Origin: Mobula hypostoma
Taxonomy: Eukaryota
Direction: 5' to 3'
Assembly (NCBI RefSeq): GCF_963921235.1
Contig: NC_086097.1
Span: forward strand, 256,248,001 to 256,312,000
DNA length: 64,000 bases
Shown: piece after piece, positions 10,490-21,980 of the stretch
How positions within the stretch are numbered: the stretch's first letter is position 1
Layout: each line of letters starts with the position of its first letter
Position numbers and translations under genes: made by a program
Notes under the pieces: model-generated
Told to the model about the DNA's origin: nothing
Database searches by the model: none
Seen by the model: only the letters and a program-made list of their open reading frames with translations

Positions 10490-13400
10490 CATCAAGGATG
10501 TCTCTGATCGCTTACATGACATTCTGAAGTGGGAGGGTGATCAGCCAGATGTCGTGGTGCACATCGGTACCAATGACATAGCAAGGAAGAGTGAGGAGGT
10601 CCTGGAGAGTGAGTATAGAGAGCTTGGTAGGAAATTGAAAAGCAGGACCTCGAGGGTGGTAATCTCAGGTTTGCTACCTGTGCTACGTGCCAGTGAGGGT
10701 AGGAATAGGATGCTCTGGAGGACGAACAAGTGGCTGAGGAATTGGTGTAGGGGGCAGGGTTTCAGATTTCAGGATCATTGGGACCTCTTCTGGTGCAGGT
10801 GGGACCTGTACAAGAGAGACGGGTTACACTTGAACTGCAGGGGGACTAATATCTTTTCAGGGAGGTTTGTTAGTGCTATTGGAGAGGCTTTAAACTAGAT
10901 TTGCAGGGGGATGGGAACCAGAGTGCCAGAGCTGACAGTGTGGCTGGGGTGAAAATAAATTATGTTAAAAATTCAAGCAAATCCGCTAATAGAAAGGTTG
11001 TAAGTGGTGGTAAAAATTTTCTGAGGTGTATATATTTCAATGCTAGGAGTATTGCGGGGAAGGCGGATGAGTTGAGGGCGTGGGTTGACACGTGGAATTC
11101 TGACATTATAGCAATTAGTGAAACTTGGCTACAGGAGGGGCAGGACTGGCAGCTTAATATTCCAGGGTTCCGATGTTTCAGATGTGATCGAGGCAGAGGA
11201 ATGAAAGGTGGGGGAGTTGCATTGCTTGTTAGGGAAAATATTACAGCAGTACTCAGGCAGGACAGATTAGAGGGCTTGTCTACTGAGTCCTTATGGGTGG
11301 AGCTGAGAAACAGGGAAGGTATGGCCACATTAGTGGGATTGTATTACAGACCACCCAATAGTCAACGAGAATTGGAAGAGCAAATCTGCAGAGAGATAGC
11401 AGGCAACTGCAGGAAACATAAAGTTGTGGTGGTAGGGGATTTTAATTTTCCATATATTGACTGGGACTTCCATACTGTTAGAGGTCCAGATGGTTTAGAG
11501 TTTGTAAAATGTGTTCAGGAAAGTTTTCTAAATCAATATATAGAGGGACCAACTAGAGGGGATGCAATATTGGATCTCCTGTTAGGAAACGAGTTGGGAC
11601 AAGTGACGGAAGTCTGTGTAGGGGAGCACTTTGGTTCCAGTGATCATAACACCATTAGTTTCAACTTGATCATGGACGAGGATAGATCTGGTCCTAAGGT
11701 TGAGGTGTGAACTGGAAGAAGGCCAAATTTGAAGAAATGAGAAAGGATCTAAAAAGCATGGATTGCGACAGGTTGTTCTCTGGCAAAGATGTGATTGGTA
11801 GGTGGGAAGCCTTCAAAGGAGAAATTTTGAGAGTGCAGAGGTTGTATATTCCTGTCAGGATTAAAGGCAAAGTAAATAGGAATAAGGAATCTTGGTTCTC
11901 AAGGGATATTGCAACTCTGATAAAGAAGAAGAGGGAGTTGTATGACATGTATAGGAAACAGGGAGTAAATAAGTTGCTTGAGGAGTATAAGAAGTGCAAG
12001 AAAATACTGAAGAAAGAAATCAGGAGGGCTAAAAGTAGACATGAGGTTGCCTTGGCAGTCAAAGTGAAGGATAATCCAAAGAGCTTTTACAGGTATATTA
12101 AGAGCAAAAGGTTTGTAAGGGATAAAATTGGTCCTCTTGAAGATCAGAGTGATCGGCTATGTGCGGAACCAAAGGAAATGGGAGAGATTTTAAATAGGTT
12201 TTTTGTGTCTGTATTTACGAAGGAAACTGGCATGAAGTCTATGGAATTAAGGGAAACAAGTAGTGAGATCATGGAAACTGTACAGATTGAAAAGGAGGAG
12301 GTGCTTGCTGTCTTGAGGAAAATTAAAGTGGATAAATCCCCGGGACCTGACAGGGTGTTCCCTCGGACCTTGAAGGAGACTAGTGTTGAAATTGCAGATG
12401 CCCTGGCAGAAATATTTAAAATGTCACTGTCGACAGATGAGGTGCCGGAGGATTGGAGAGTGGCTCATGTTGTTCCGTTGTTTAAAAAAGGATCGAAAAG
12501 TAATCCGGGAAATCATACGCCGGTAAGTTTAACGTCGGTAGTAGGTAAGTTATTGGAGGGAGTACTAAGAGACAGAATCTACAAGCATTTGAATAGACAG
12601 GGACTTATTAGGGAGAGTCAACATGGCTTTGTGTGTGGTAGGTCATGTTTGACCAATCTACTGGAGTTTTTCGTGGAGGTTACCAGGAAAGTGGATGAAG
12701 GGAAGGCAGTGGATATTGTCTACATGGACTTCAGTAAGGCCCCGCATGGGAGGTTAGTTAGGAACATTCAGTCGCTAGGTATACATGGAGAGGTGGTAAA
12801 TTGGATTAGACATTGGCTCAATGGTAGAAGCCAAAGAGTGGTAGTAAAGACTTGATTCTCTGAGTGGAGGCCTGTGACTAGTGGTGTGCCACAGGGATCA
12901 GTGCTGGGTCCATTGTTATTTGTCATCTATATCAATGATCTGGATGATAATGTGGTAAATTGGATCAGCAAATTTGCTGATGATACAAAGATTGGAGGTG
13001 TAGTAGACGGTGAGGAAGGTTTTCAGAGCCTGCAGAGGGACTTGGACCAGCTGGAAAAATGGGCTAAAAAATGGCAGATGGTATTTAATACAGACAAGTG
13101 TGAGGTACTGCACATTGGAAGGACAAACCAAGGTAGAACATACAGGGTTAATGGTAAGGCACTAAGGAGTGCAGTAGAACAGAGGGATCTGGGAATACAG
13201 ATACAAAATTCCCTACAAGTGGCGTCACAGGTAGATAGGGTCATAAAGAGAGCTTTTGGTACATTGGCCTTTATTAATCGAAGTATTGAGTATAAGAGCT
13301 GGAATGTTATGATGAGGTTGTATAAGGCATTGGTGAGGCCGAATCTGGAGTATTGTGTTCAGTTTTGGTCACCAAATTACAGGAAGGATATAAATAAGGT

Positions 13401-13897
13401 TGAAAGAGTGCAGAGAAGGTTTACAAGGATGTTGCCAGGACTTGAGAGGCTCAGTTACAGAGAAAGGTTGAATAGGTTAGGACTTTATTCCCTGGAGCGT
13501 AGAAGAATGAGGGGAGATTTGATAGAGGTATATAAAGTTATGATGGGTATAGATAGAGTGAATGCACGCAGGCTTTTTCCACTGAGGCAAGGGGAGAAAA
13601 AAACCAGAGGACATGGGTTAAGGGTGAGGGGGGAAAAGTTTAATGGGAACATTAGTGGGGGCTTCTTCACACAGAGAGTAGTGGGAGTATGAAATGAGCT
13701 GCCAGATGAGGTGGTAAATGCGGGTTCTTTTTTAACATTTAAGAATAAATTGGACAGATACATGGATGGGAGGTGTATGGAGGGATATGGTCTGTGTGCA
13801 GGTCAGTGGGACCAGGCAGAAAATGGTTCGGCACAGCCAAGAAGGGCCAAAAGGCCTGTTTCTGTTCTGTAGTTTCTATGGTTTCTATGGTATCTAT
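10490..13897 (+). mobile_element. CR1 family C, near-complete ORF2 plus ORF1 esterase; inactivated
   Basis: Esterase HIGTNDI, DGLHL; APE (10901-11710), frameshift at ~11707, RT with FADD, premature stops at 12853 and 13690; (TTTCTATGG)n tail. Confidence 0.95.
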
Positions 13898-14886
13898 GTG
13901 TTCCGCATCTAGGTTTCCAGAGACAATACCTCTTAGGAATATAATGGCTAAAACTGTAATAAAGGCTCTTATAAAATTTGTTACTTATTTTGGATTGCCT
14001 AAGGAGATCCAATCTGAGAAGGATTGGGATGAGGGCATTCATTTACTTTTCTTTGCAGTTAGGGAGTCAGTGCAGGACTCTCTAGGTTTTAGTCCTTTTG
14101 AAATTGTGTTTGGGCATAGAGTTCGAGGACCTTTGGCATTGTTAAAGGAACAGTGGATTAACACAGAAGTACATACTAATTTGCTGGATTATGTTTTAAT
14201 AGTTAAGGAAAGATTACAAAAAGCTTGTAGCTCAGCAAGGGAAAATTTAAAATCTGCTCAGAAGAAAATGAAATCTTGGTATGACAAGGAAGCTAGAATG
14301 AGGTCATTTAAGCCTGGAGATAAGGTGTTGATTCTTTTCCCGGTGCAAACGAACCCATTACAAGCTAAATTTCATAGTCCTTATTAGATTATATCTAAAG
14401 TTAATGATGTAGATTATGTGGTAAAAACACCAGATCGAAGAAGGCCAACACAGCTTTGTCATACAAATATGATAAAACCATATCATGACAAACAGTCTAC
14501 TTCTATGACTGTTGTGATCAGTAATAATGAGCCTGATCCCTCTGGGAACTTAATGGATGATTCATCTGAAACTCATTTTAAACCAAAAATTGTTTCTGCC
14601 AGATTACCAAACACGACAATTCTGGAAAATATTGATGAGAAATTAGCTCATTTACAGCCAGAGCAGAGGCAGCAGATGAAGCAGTTAATTTTTAAATTTA
14701 GGGATTTATTTCCAGACGTTCCTACAAGAACCACAGTAGCTTCACATGATGTAGATGTTGGGAGATGCCAAACCCATAAAGCAACATCCACATCCGATGA
14801 AAATGGAAAAATGTGCACTTGCTAAACAAGAAATTAAGTATATGTTAGAGAATAATATTATCAGACCTTCTAATTCGAATTGGAGT

Positions 14887-15509
14887 CCGGTGCTCCCGGT
14901 GCAGCCTCCTCTACATCGGTGAAACCCGACGCAGATTGGGGGGACCGCTTCATCGAGCACCTCCGCTCCGTCCACCACAACAGACAGGATCTCCCGGTAG
15001 CCACCCACTTCAACTCTGCTTCACATTCCCATTCGGATATGTCCATACTTGGCCTCCTCTACTGCCATGATGAGGCTAAACTCAGGTTGGAAAAGCAACA
15101 TTTCATATACCGTCTAGGTAGTCTCCAGCTACTTGGTATGAACATAGAATTCTCCAACTTCCGGTAATTTCCTCCCCCTATCCCTATTTCACTCTGCCCC
15201 CTCCCCCAGCTGCCTACCACCTCCCTCATGGTTTTCCCCTATTCCTTCTTCACCTTTCCTGTCTATCACCTCCCGGCTTCCCCTCCCCCACCCCTTTATC
15301 TTTCCCCTTACTGGTTTTTCACCTGGAACCTACCAACCTCCCCACACCTTCTTTATAGGGCCTCTGCCCCTTCCCTCTTCAGTCCTGATGAAGGGTTCCG
15401 GCCTGAAACATTGACTGATCGTTTCCACGAATGCTGCCCGACCTGCTGAGTTCCTCCAGCGTGTTGTGAGTGTTGCTTTGACCCCAGCATCTGCAGATTA
15501 TTTTGTGTT
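14887..15509 (+). mobile_element. Penelope-like element, 5'-truncated (GIY-YIG endonuclease C-terminus, 3' UTR with HHR)
   Basis: RCSRCSLLYIGETRRRL / GDRFIEHL..PVATHFN..GMNIEFSNFR; 13-bp TSD ttcgaattggagt (14874-14886 / 15510-15522) inside the Gypsy RT. Confidence 0.92.
15379..15418 (+). ncRNA. Minimal type I hammerhead ribozyme motif (Penelope type), cleavage site decayed
   Basis: tcagtc-CTGATGA-agggttccggcct-GAAAC-att-gactga: stem I tcagtc/gactga and both core boxes present; GAAACGTC has become GAAACATT, consistent with CpG decay. Confidence 0.8.
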
Positions 15510-16855
15510 TTCGAATTGGAGTTCACCTTGTGTCATGTTACCTAAACCAGATGGTAGTATTCAGTTTTGTACTGATTACAGGAGGATGAATGCTGTAACA
15601 AAAACAGATGCATATCCAATCCCTAGGGTAGATGATTGTGTGGACAAAGTTGGAAAAGCAAAGTTCCTTACAAAGATTGATTTGTTAAAAGGGTATTGGT
15701 GTGTTCCACTGACGGATAGAGGTAGTGAGATTTCTGCATTCGTAATACCATTTGGGTTATATGAATATAATGTTCTACCGTTTGGAATGAAGAATGCACC
15801 AGGAACTTTTCAGAGAATGATTAATTCTGTGATTCATGGGTTAAATTCATGCCTATATTGATGATTTAGTTACAGGAAATGATACTTGGGAAGCACATAT
15901 TACTGCAGTGGAGAAACTATCTGAAAGGCTTTCAAAAGCTAACTTAACTATTAACTTAGCTAAAAGTGAATTTGGTCACGCCACTGTGACCTACCTTGGA
16001 TATGTTGTGGGTCAAGGTAGATTAGCCCCTGTTCAGGTAAAAGTTCAGGGAATTTTAGAGGTACCCACTCCAACTGGTAAAACGACTTTCAGAAGATTCT
16101 TGGGAATGGTAGGATATTTCCAAAAATTTTGTAAGAATTTTGCTGACATTGCCCTTCCATTAACTAACCTCTTGAAGAAGGGTGAAAAGTTTGTGTGGAC
16201 AGTGCTTTGTCAGGGGGCATTTGATAAATTGAAAACTATGCTATGTCATCAACCTGTGCTCAGGTCACCTGACTTCAAAAAAACATTTTCGTTAGTTGTG
16301 GACGCCAGTGATGAGGCTGCAGGAGCAGTGTTACTCCAAAGGGATGATGGTGATGAGGTTGATCGTCAGGTAGCTTACTTTTCTAAGAAATTTACTGAGC
16401 ATCAAAGAAATTATTCAACCATAGAAAAGGAATTATTATCTCTTGTTTTGGCTTTACAACATTTTGATGTGTATGTTGGTGCAACTCAGAAACCACTCAT
16501 AGTTTACACCGATCATAATCCATTAGTATTTTTGAGTATGATGAAAAACAAAAATAGAAAGCTACGGAATTGGGAGTTTGATGTTACAGGAGTATAATAT
16601 TTTGATAACTCATATTAAAGGCAAAGATAATGTGATTGCCAACTGTCTGTCCCATATGTTGAATTTACAATGTTTTTCTTTGAGTGGAATTTTAATATTT
16701 GTAACACTCCGACTGTATATTAGTTTGTAAGATGCTGTATGATAATTCTATGTATATTATGTACGTTGTAGATTTTATACATTTGTATATTTTTTGTAAA
16801 TAGTTGTTAAAATTTTGCTCATGATAGACCAAAATTTTCCCTTTTTGGGGAGAGG

Positions 16856-17667
16856 TGTTACATGCCCACAGTTTGATCATGGGACAGAGGGATGAAGTAA
16901 TGGTCTTGTGAGTGGGAGGATGAAATTGTCTCATGACGGTGGCGTGATGTTATGTCACGTGATGGCATGTTCCCTATGGTATTTAAGGAAGCCCGCCAAA
17001 GTGTGACGCAGTTTTTTTTATTTTCTATTTCAAGGTGCAAACACGTTGTTGCCGGCAGTTTCACCAATCAATGCCAGTTTTTGTTTGTTGCACCTTTGTT
17101 TTACCTTTACAGCCTAGTATTGGAGAGTGAATACCTTACCAAAATACGAGAACCCAAAAGATTGGGTAAAGTTAATGACGTTCAGAGTTTCGGAAGTGAT
17201 CGACTGTTTGGAATCAGAATCCTCCGGGAAATTGTGGCATGAACATTTGAGTTACACCCCTGCAAGGTCAGGACGGTTTGTGCAGTGTCCACCCTCCCAA
17301 AAGAAAAGGTCAATTACTTTATGACTTTATATTAGGTGTGATTCCTTTGGACAAGGCATCGCTCGACTGTAATTGACAGATTCATTATTTTCTTCTGAGG
17401 AATTGTTGCTGCAGTAAAGTCTCTCCTTAAAGACTGCAAAAAATCACTTGGAATTTTGAATTTACCACTTTAAGACCGTGTTTGAATTTACCCCTTTTAG
17501 AAGTACTTTTAAGTTTGACTGTTTGTTCGAGATAGCCGCATAATGGTTAACTTCCGGTTAAGCTAGTTTGATTACTTCTCTATGTTTTGAGTAGAGGTTA
17601 ATAAATATAGTTGTTTGTTTATAAAACCTTACTCAATTTCATATCCATTGTTGCTGGACACGTGACA
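16856..17667 (+). repeat. 3' LTR (~812 bp) of the Gypsy element
   Basis: Polypurine tract ggggagagg (16847-16855) abuts TGTTAC; ends GTGACA with an imperfect terminal inverted repeat; AATAAA at 17600; CR1 sequence resumes right after. No 5' LTR is present to confirm. Confidence 0.75.
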
Positions 17668-18650
17668 CAGTGGAATAAAGAAAATTACAATGGCATGAGA
17701 GGGAAACTGGCCAAGGTTGAATGGAAAGGAACTCTAGCAGGAGGGACAGCAGAGCAGTAATGGCTGGAGTTCTGCGAAAAATGAAGGAAGCGCAAGACAA
17801 ATATATTCCAAATAAGAAGAAATTTTCGAATGGCTGATAAATGAAGTCAGAGCCAAAGTAAAAGCAAAAGAGAGGGCACACTAGGAAGCCAAAGCTAGTG
17901 GGAAGATAGAGGATTGGGAAGCTTTTAAATATTTTCAGAAGGAAACTAAGCAAGTCATTAGGAAAGAAAAAGATGAATTATAAGAGAAAGCTGATGACTA
18001 ATATCAAAGAAGATACTAAAAGCTTTTTTTTAAAGTATTTCAAGGGTAAAAGAGAGTTGAGGGTAGATATAGGACCAACAGAAAATGACGCTGGAGATAT
18101 TGTAATGAGAGATGCAGAGACTGGAGAGGAACTGAATGTGTATTTTGCACCAGTCTTCACAGTGGAAGACATCTGCAATATACTGGATATTCAAGAGTTT
18201 TAGCGAAGTTAAGTATGTGCAGTGAAAATTACGACTGAGAAGGTGCTCAGGAAGCCTAATGGTCTCAAGGTGGATAAATCTTCTGGACCTGGTGGGATGC
18301 ACCCTTGGGTTCTGAAGGAAGTAGCTGGAGAGATTGCAGAGGCATTAACAATGATCTTTCAAGAATCGATACATTCTGACATTGTACCGAATGACTGGAA
18401 AATAGCAAATGTTACTCTGCTATTAAAGAAGGGTGAAAGGCAGCAGAAAGGAAACTATAGGCTTGTTAGCCTGACATGAGTGGTTGGGAAATTGTTGGAA
18501 TCGACTGTCAGGGATGAGATTACAGAATACCTGGAGGCGCATGACAAGATATGCCAACACCAGCATGGTTTCCTGAAATGGAAATCCTACCTGACTAACC
18601 TACTGCAATTTTTTAAGGAAATTACAAGCAGTGTCGACAAAGGAGATACA
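17668..18650 (+). mobile_element. CR1 ORF2 linker/RT N-terminal fragment
   Basis: KVDKSSGPGGMHPWVLKE, NYRLVSLT, QHGFLK. Confidence 0.85.
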
Positions 18651-19283
18651 GTAGAAGGCCAACACAATTCAGCTTTCCAAAGTAAATCACTTCACATGTT
18701 TTCACGTTGAACTTCATTGGCCACTTCTCAGCCCAGCTCTGCATCCTGTTTCTATACCATTGCATGACAACCTCCTACACTATCGACATGTTATCTGCAG
18801 ACTTATTAACCAGGTCTTCCATTTTCTCATAGAAGTGTTCAATAAAAATCACAAAGAACAGGATCCCCGAACAGATCCCTGCAGAACACCACTTATCACT
18901 GAATTCCAGGCAGAATGCTTTCTCTACAATCCATGGGCAACCCTAATTCTGAATCTATTTCTAAAGATCTACTGTTTTTTGTTTGCTTCTGAGCAACTGT
19001 AACAAATCCTTTTCATTAGATAAGAATTGCTTCCCAGTAGAGGCTCATAAGCAAGCTACCATTTCATTCAATGGACTGCAACAGAAAAGTTATAAAAAAT
19101 ATAAATGGAAAAATAAAATTAAATCTGCTGAATATCTTAAAGGGTTCATTATTACTTTCAAGCCAGACATCGAACAAAATGTTCAAAGAAATGGCATTTT
19201 CTCCCCATTGCTTCCCAAAATTTTATATTTATTTTATTAAATAAGATGCATTTGAAGTGTATTGAAAAAAAGTAGTGAATTAC

Positions 19284-19355
19284 CAGCCTACTGAGCACAC
19301 AGACACTCTTTTGGACGGTTTCTCTTGTGACATCTGCTTGACGAACCTTCAGGAT
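19284..19355 (-). CDS. AVL9: AVL9 internal coding exon, 72 bp (probably exon 4); too short for the ORF track
   Basis: ttattttaattccag|ATCCTGAAG...AGTAGGCTG|gtaatt translates ILKVRQADVTRETVQKSVCVLSRL, matching the AVL9 motif KVRQADxTRETVQKSVCVLS; phase 0 on both sides. Confidence 0.92.
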
Positions 19356-19857
19356 CTGGAATTAAAATAAGATTAGAGACCTTTCAGAAACAAGGACTAG
19401 TTTATCATGGCTTGACAAAGAAATAAAATGAATCATGTCAATGGAAGAAAAACATCAGGTCTACATTAGAATGTGCAAAAATAACTTGGTAAATCATTGA
19501 TTCAAGATCATTTCTCCACTAGCTGTACAATGGACTTTGAAAGAATAGGCTCACAGTTACAACGTGACTGGCAGCAAACAAATCTATGGAGACTGTTCGG
19601 TTCCATTGAAAAATAAACACTCCCATCTCCACTCTATCTCCATGTTTGTTTATTTCCTTTGAGTACTTAGTTTGCTTTGAACACCAAGATTAAATTTATA
19701 TTCATTTTATATCATACACAGCATTATAAAAATACATTTCTCTCATCACTTTCGTTTCTACTGCAAAGCACTGCTTTCTGCAACTTCTGGTTTTCAGTCT
19801 TTCGCAAATGGGAAATATTTATCTTCATTTTTTCTCTTCCAAGGAGAACACTACCAA

Positions 19858-20708
19858 GTAGATGGTTTTGTTGCCAAGTTTACAATTGATATGAAGACTG
19901 GTGGAGGGGAAGGTAGTGTTGAGGAAACAGGTAGGCTGCGGAAGGACTTAGATAGATTAGGAGAATAGGCAAGAAAGTGGCAAATGAAATACAATGTTGG
20001 AAATGCATGGTCTGCGCTTCGGTAGTAGAAATAAATGTGTAAACTATATTTAAATCCAAAATTGGAGATGCAAAGGGACTTGGGAGTCCTTGTGCCGAAC
20101 ACCGTAAAGGGTAACTTGCAGGTAGAGTCAATGGTGAGGAAGGCAAGTGCAATGTTAGCATTCATTTCAAGAGGGCTTGAATACAAGAGCAGGAATGTGA
20201 TGCCGAGCCTTTAGAAGGCACGAGTGAGGCCTCACCTTGAGTACAGTGAACAGTTTTGGGCTCCTCATCTTAGAAAAGATGTGTTGGCATTAGAGAGGGT
20301 TCAGAGGTGGTTCACAAGGATGATTCCAGGAATGAAAGGGTTACCATATGAGGAATGTTTGATGGCCCTGGATCTGAAATTTAGGATGGGTGGGGTGGGG
20401 GATCTCATTGAAACCTTTCAAATGTTGAAAGATCTAGACAGAGTGGAAGAGGAAAGGATGTTTCCCATGGAGGGAATCTAGGACAAAAGGGCACAGCCTC
20501 AGGATAGAAAGGCATCCATTTAAAACAGAGATGGGAAAAATATCCTTAGCCAGACAGTGGTGAATTTGTGGAATCTATTACCAACAGGCAGCTGTGAAGG
20601 CCAGGTCATTGGGTGTACTTAAGGCAAAGCTTGGTAGGTTCTTGACTGGACACCGCATCAAACGTTACGGGGAGAAGGACAGGGAATGGGGTGGTTGAGG
20701 AGGGGAAT
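19858..20708 (+). mobile_element. Old CR1 RT 3' fragment
   Basis: RPHLEYSEQFWAPHLRKD and degraded RT C-terminus. Confidence 0.85.
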
Positions 20709-21642
20709 ACAGATGGCGATTTATTCAAGGAAGCAATGGCCATTGCCGCAGAGACTGTTCTTAATGACTTTAAAAATGAAAACGACATCACAACCGCAAT
20801 ACATAATATACTGCTTGGCCCTGCAACAGTGACAAGGAGGGTAGAGTCACCGTCAGAGGACGTGGATATTTTTCACTACAATTCGATGAATCCCTGGATG
20901 TAATGCAAACAGCTCAGCTGGTTGTATTTGTCAGAATGGCTTTCCAGGATTTTACAACAAAGGTGGACTTCCTCACTCTTTTGCAATTAAAGGAGAGAGT
21001 GAGAGGTGAGGATACTTACAATGAGTTTAAAAAATATATCCGTGAAAATGACAACCCCATTCATAAACTGGTGGCAATTACTACTGATGGGGACCCAGCA
21101 ATGCGCAGTGTGCGCGTTGGTTTTATAGCACTAAAAGTCAGTGCCTACTTTGGGTCAACTTACCAATGTGAAATTGCATTTTCACAGATGAAAAATTATT
21201 AAATCTAAGTACAAGAGCTGTCCTACTGACAGACACCTCACAGACTGTCTCAGACTAGCTGCCTGTAGTTATGAGCCAAATTTCAGGGAACGAGCAATAA
21301 GTATTCAGCCCCAGTCATCACACTGAGTGCAATAGTCAATTTTTATTCATTTATTTTTCGTGTTGAAATAAAATTAAATAATGAAACTTAGAATTAAAGG
21401 TGTGAAGTATTGTAATATTCTTAAAGAAAGATATGCTAGTTACAGTGTTTTTTTGTTTGAATTAATTTGAAAGTTTGACAAAAGTACTTTGTGTAATTCA
21501 AATACAATTAGCCCAAATAAAAGACCTCAAATTGGCAGTACAATCTGAGCTGTTTTTTCTGTAAACGATTTAGTAGGTAGATCTTGCCTTTCACTAAGGT
21601 CGAGGTAGGGCATCTTGGACTTAAAAGGGTTAGTGACCACTA
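20709..21642 (+). mobile_element. hAT (Charlie/Buster/SPIN-like) transposon remnant with internal deletions and 3' TIR
   Basis: SLQFDES, AQLVVFVR, ITTDGDPAM, FGSTYQCEIAFSQMK, IKSKY..TDRHL are hAT Buster-group motifs; ends gggttagtgaccacta (TIR-like). Confidence 0.88.
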
Positions 21643-21669
21643 ATGTAGATGATAAGGAAGAGAATGTGT

Positions 21670-21980
21670 GGGCACGTGGCCAAGTGGTTAAGGCATTGGA
21701 CTAGCAACCTGAAGGTCATGAGTTCGAGCCCCAGCCGAGAAAATGTGTTGTGTCCTTGAGCAAGGCACTTAATCACACATTGCTCTGCGACGACACTGGT
21801 GTCAAGCTGTATGGGTCCTAACGCCCTTCCCTTGGACAACAATGGTGTTGTGGAGAGGGGAGACTTGCAGCATGGGCAACTGCTGGTCTTCCATACAACC
21901 TTGCCCAGGCCTGCGAAAGAGTGAAGACTTTCCAGGTGCAGATCCATGGTCTCGTAAGACTAACAGATGCCTTTATTTAT
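21670..21980 (+). mobile_element. tRNA-derived SINE with CORE-like segment
   Basis: A box tggccaagtgg (21677-21687), B box gttcgagcc (21722-21730), then gtccttgagcaaggcacttaa; (TTTA)n tail; 17-bp TSD with 15/17 match (21653-21669 / 21981-21997). Confidence 0.88.

Larger units (their letters stand above)
6948..17667 (+). mobile_element. Gypsy LTR retrotransposon, Gmr1-like domain order (gag ZnK - IN - RT - RH - 3' LTR); 5'-deleted and split by nested insertions (own segments ~6948-7465, 13898-14886, 15510-17667)
   Basis: Zinc knuckle CNYCRKPGHVIANC (after removing the insert at 7098-7236); integrase SRFPETIPL..FGLPKEIQS..GFSPFEIVFG and FHSPY; RT SPCVMLPKPDGSIQFCTDYR, AYIDDL; RNase H VDASD, YSTIEKELL, YTDHNPL; PPT and LTR follow. 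Confidence 0.88.

Noticed and set aside
10901..13820. Active or domesticated RT gene
   Set aside because: Frameshift at ~11707, stops at 12853 and 13690, and a deletion in FSKAFDKV.
18960..19080. Possible next AVL9 exon (minus-strand NEKDLLQLL resembles EKDF)
   Set aside because: No PLYG..LQLITHAYF-like sequence and no convincing splice sites; probably intron.
20691..21265. Host GTF2IRD2/ZBED-like gene
   Set aside because: Frameshifts, large internal deletions and a TIR-like end indicate a dead hAT transposon.
21670..21745. tRNA gene
   Set aside because: It continues into a SINE body, tail and TSD, so it is a SINE head rather than a tRNA.
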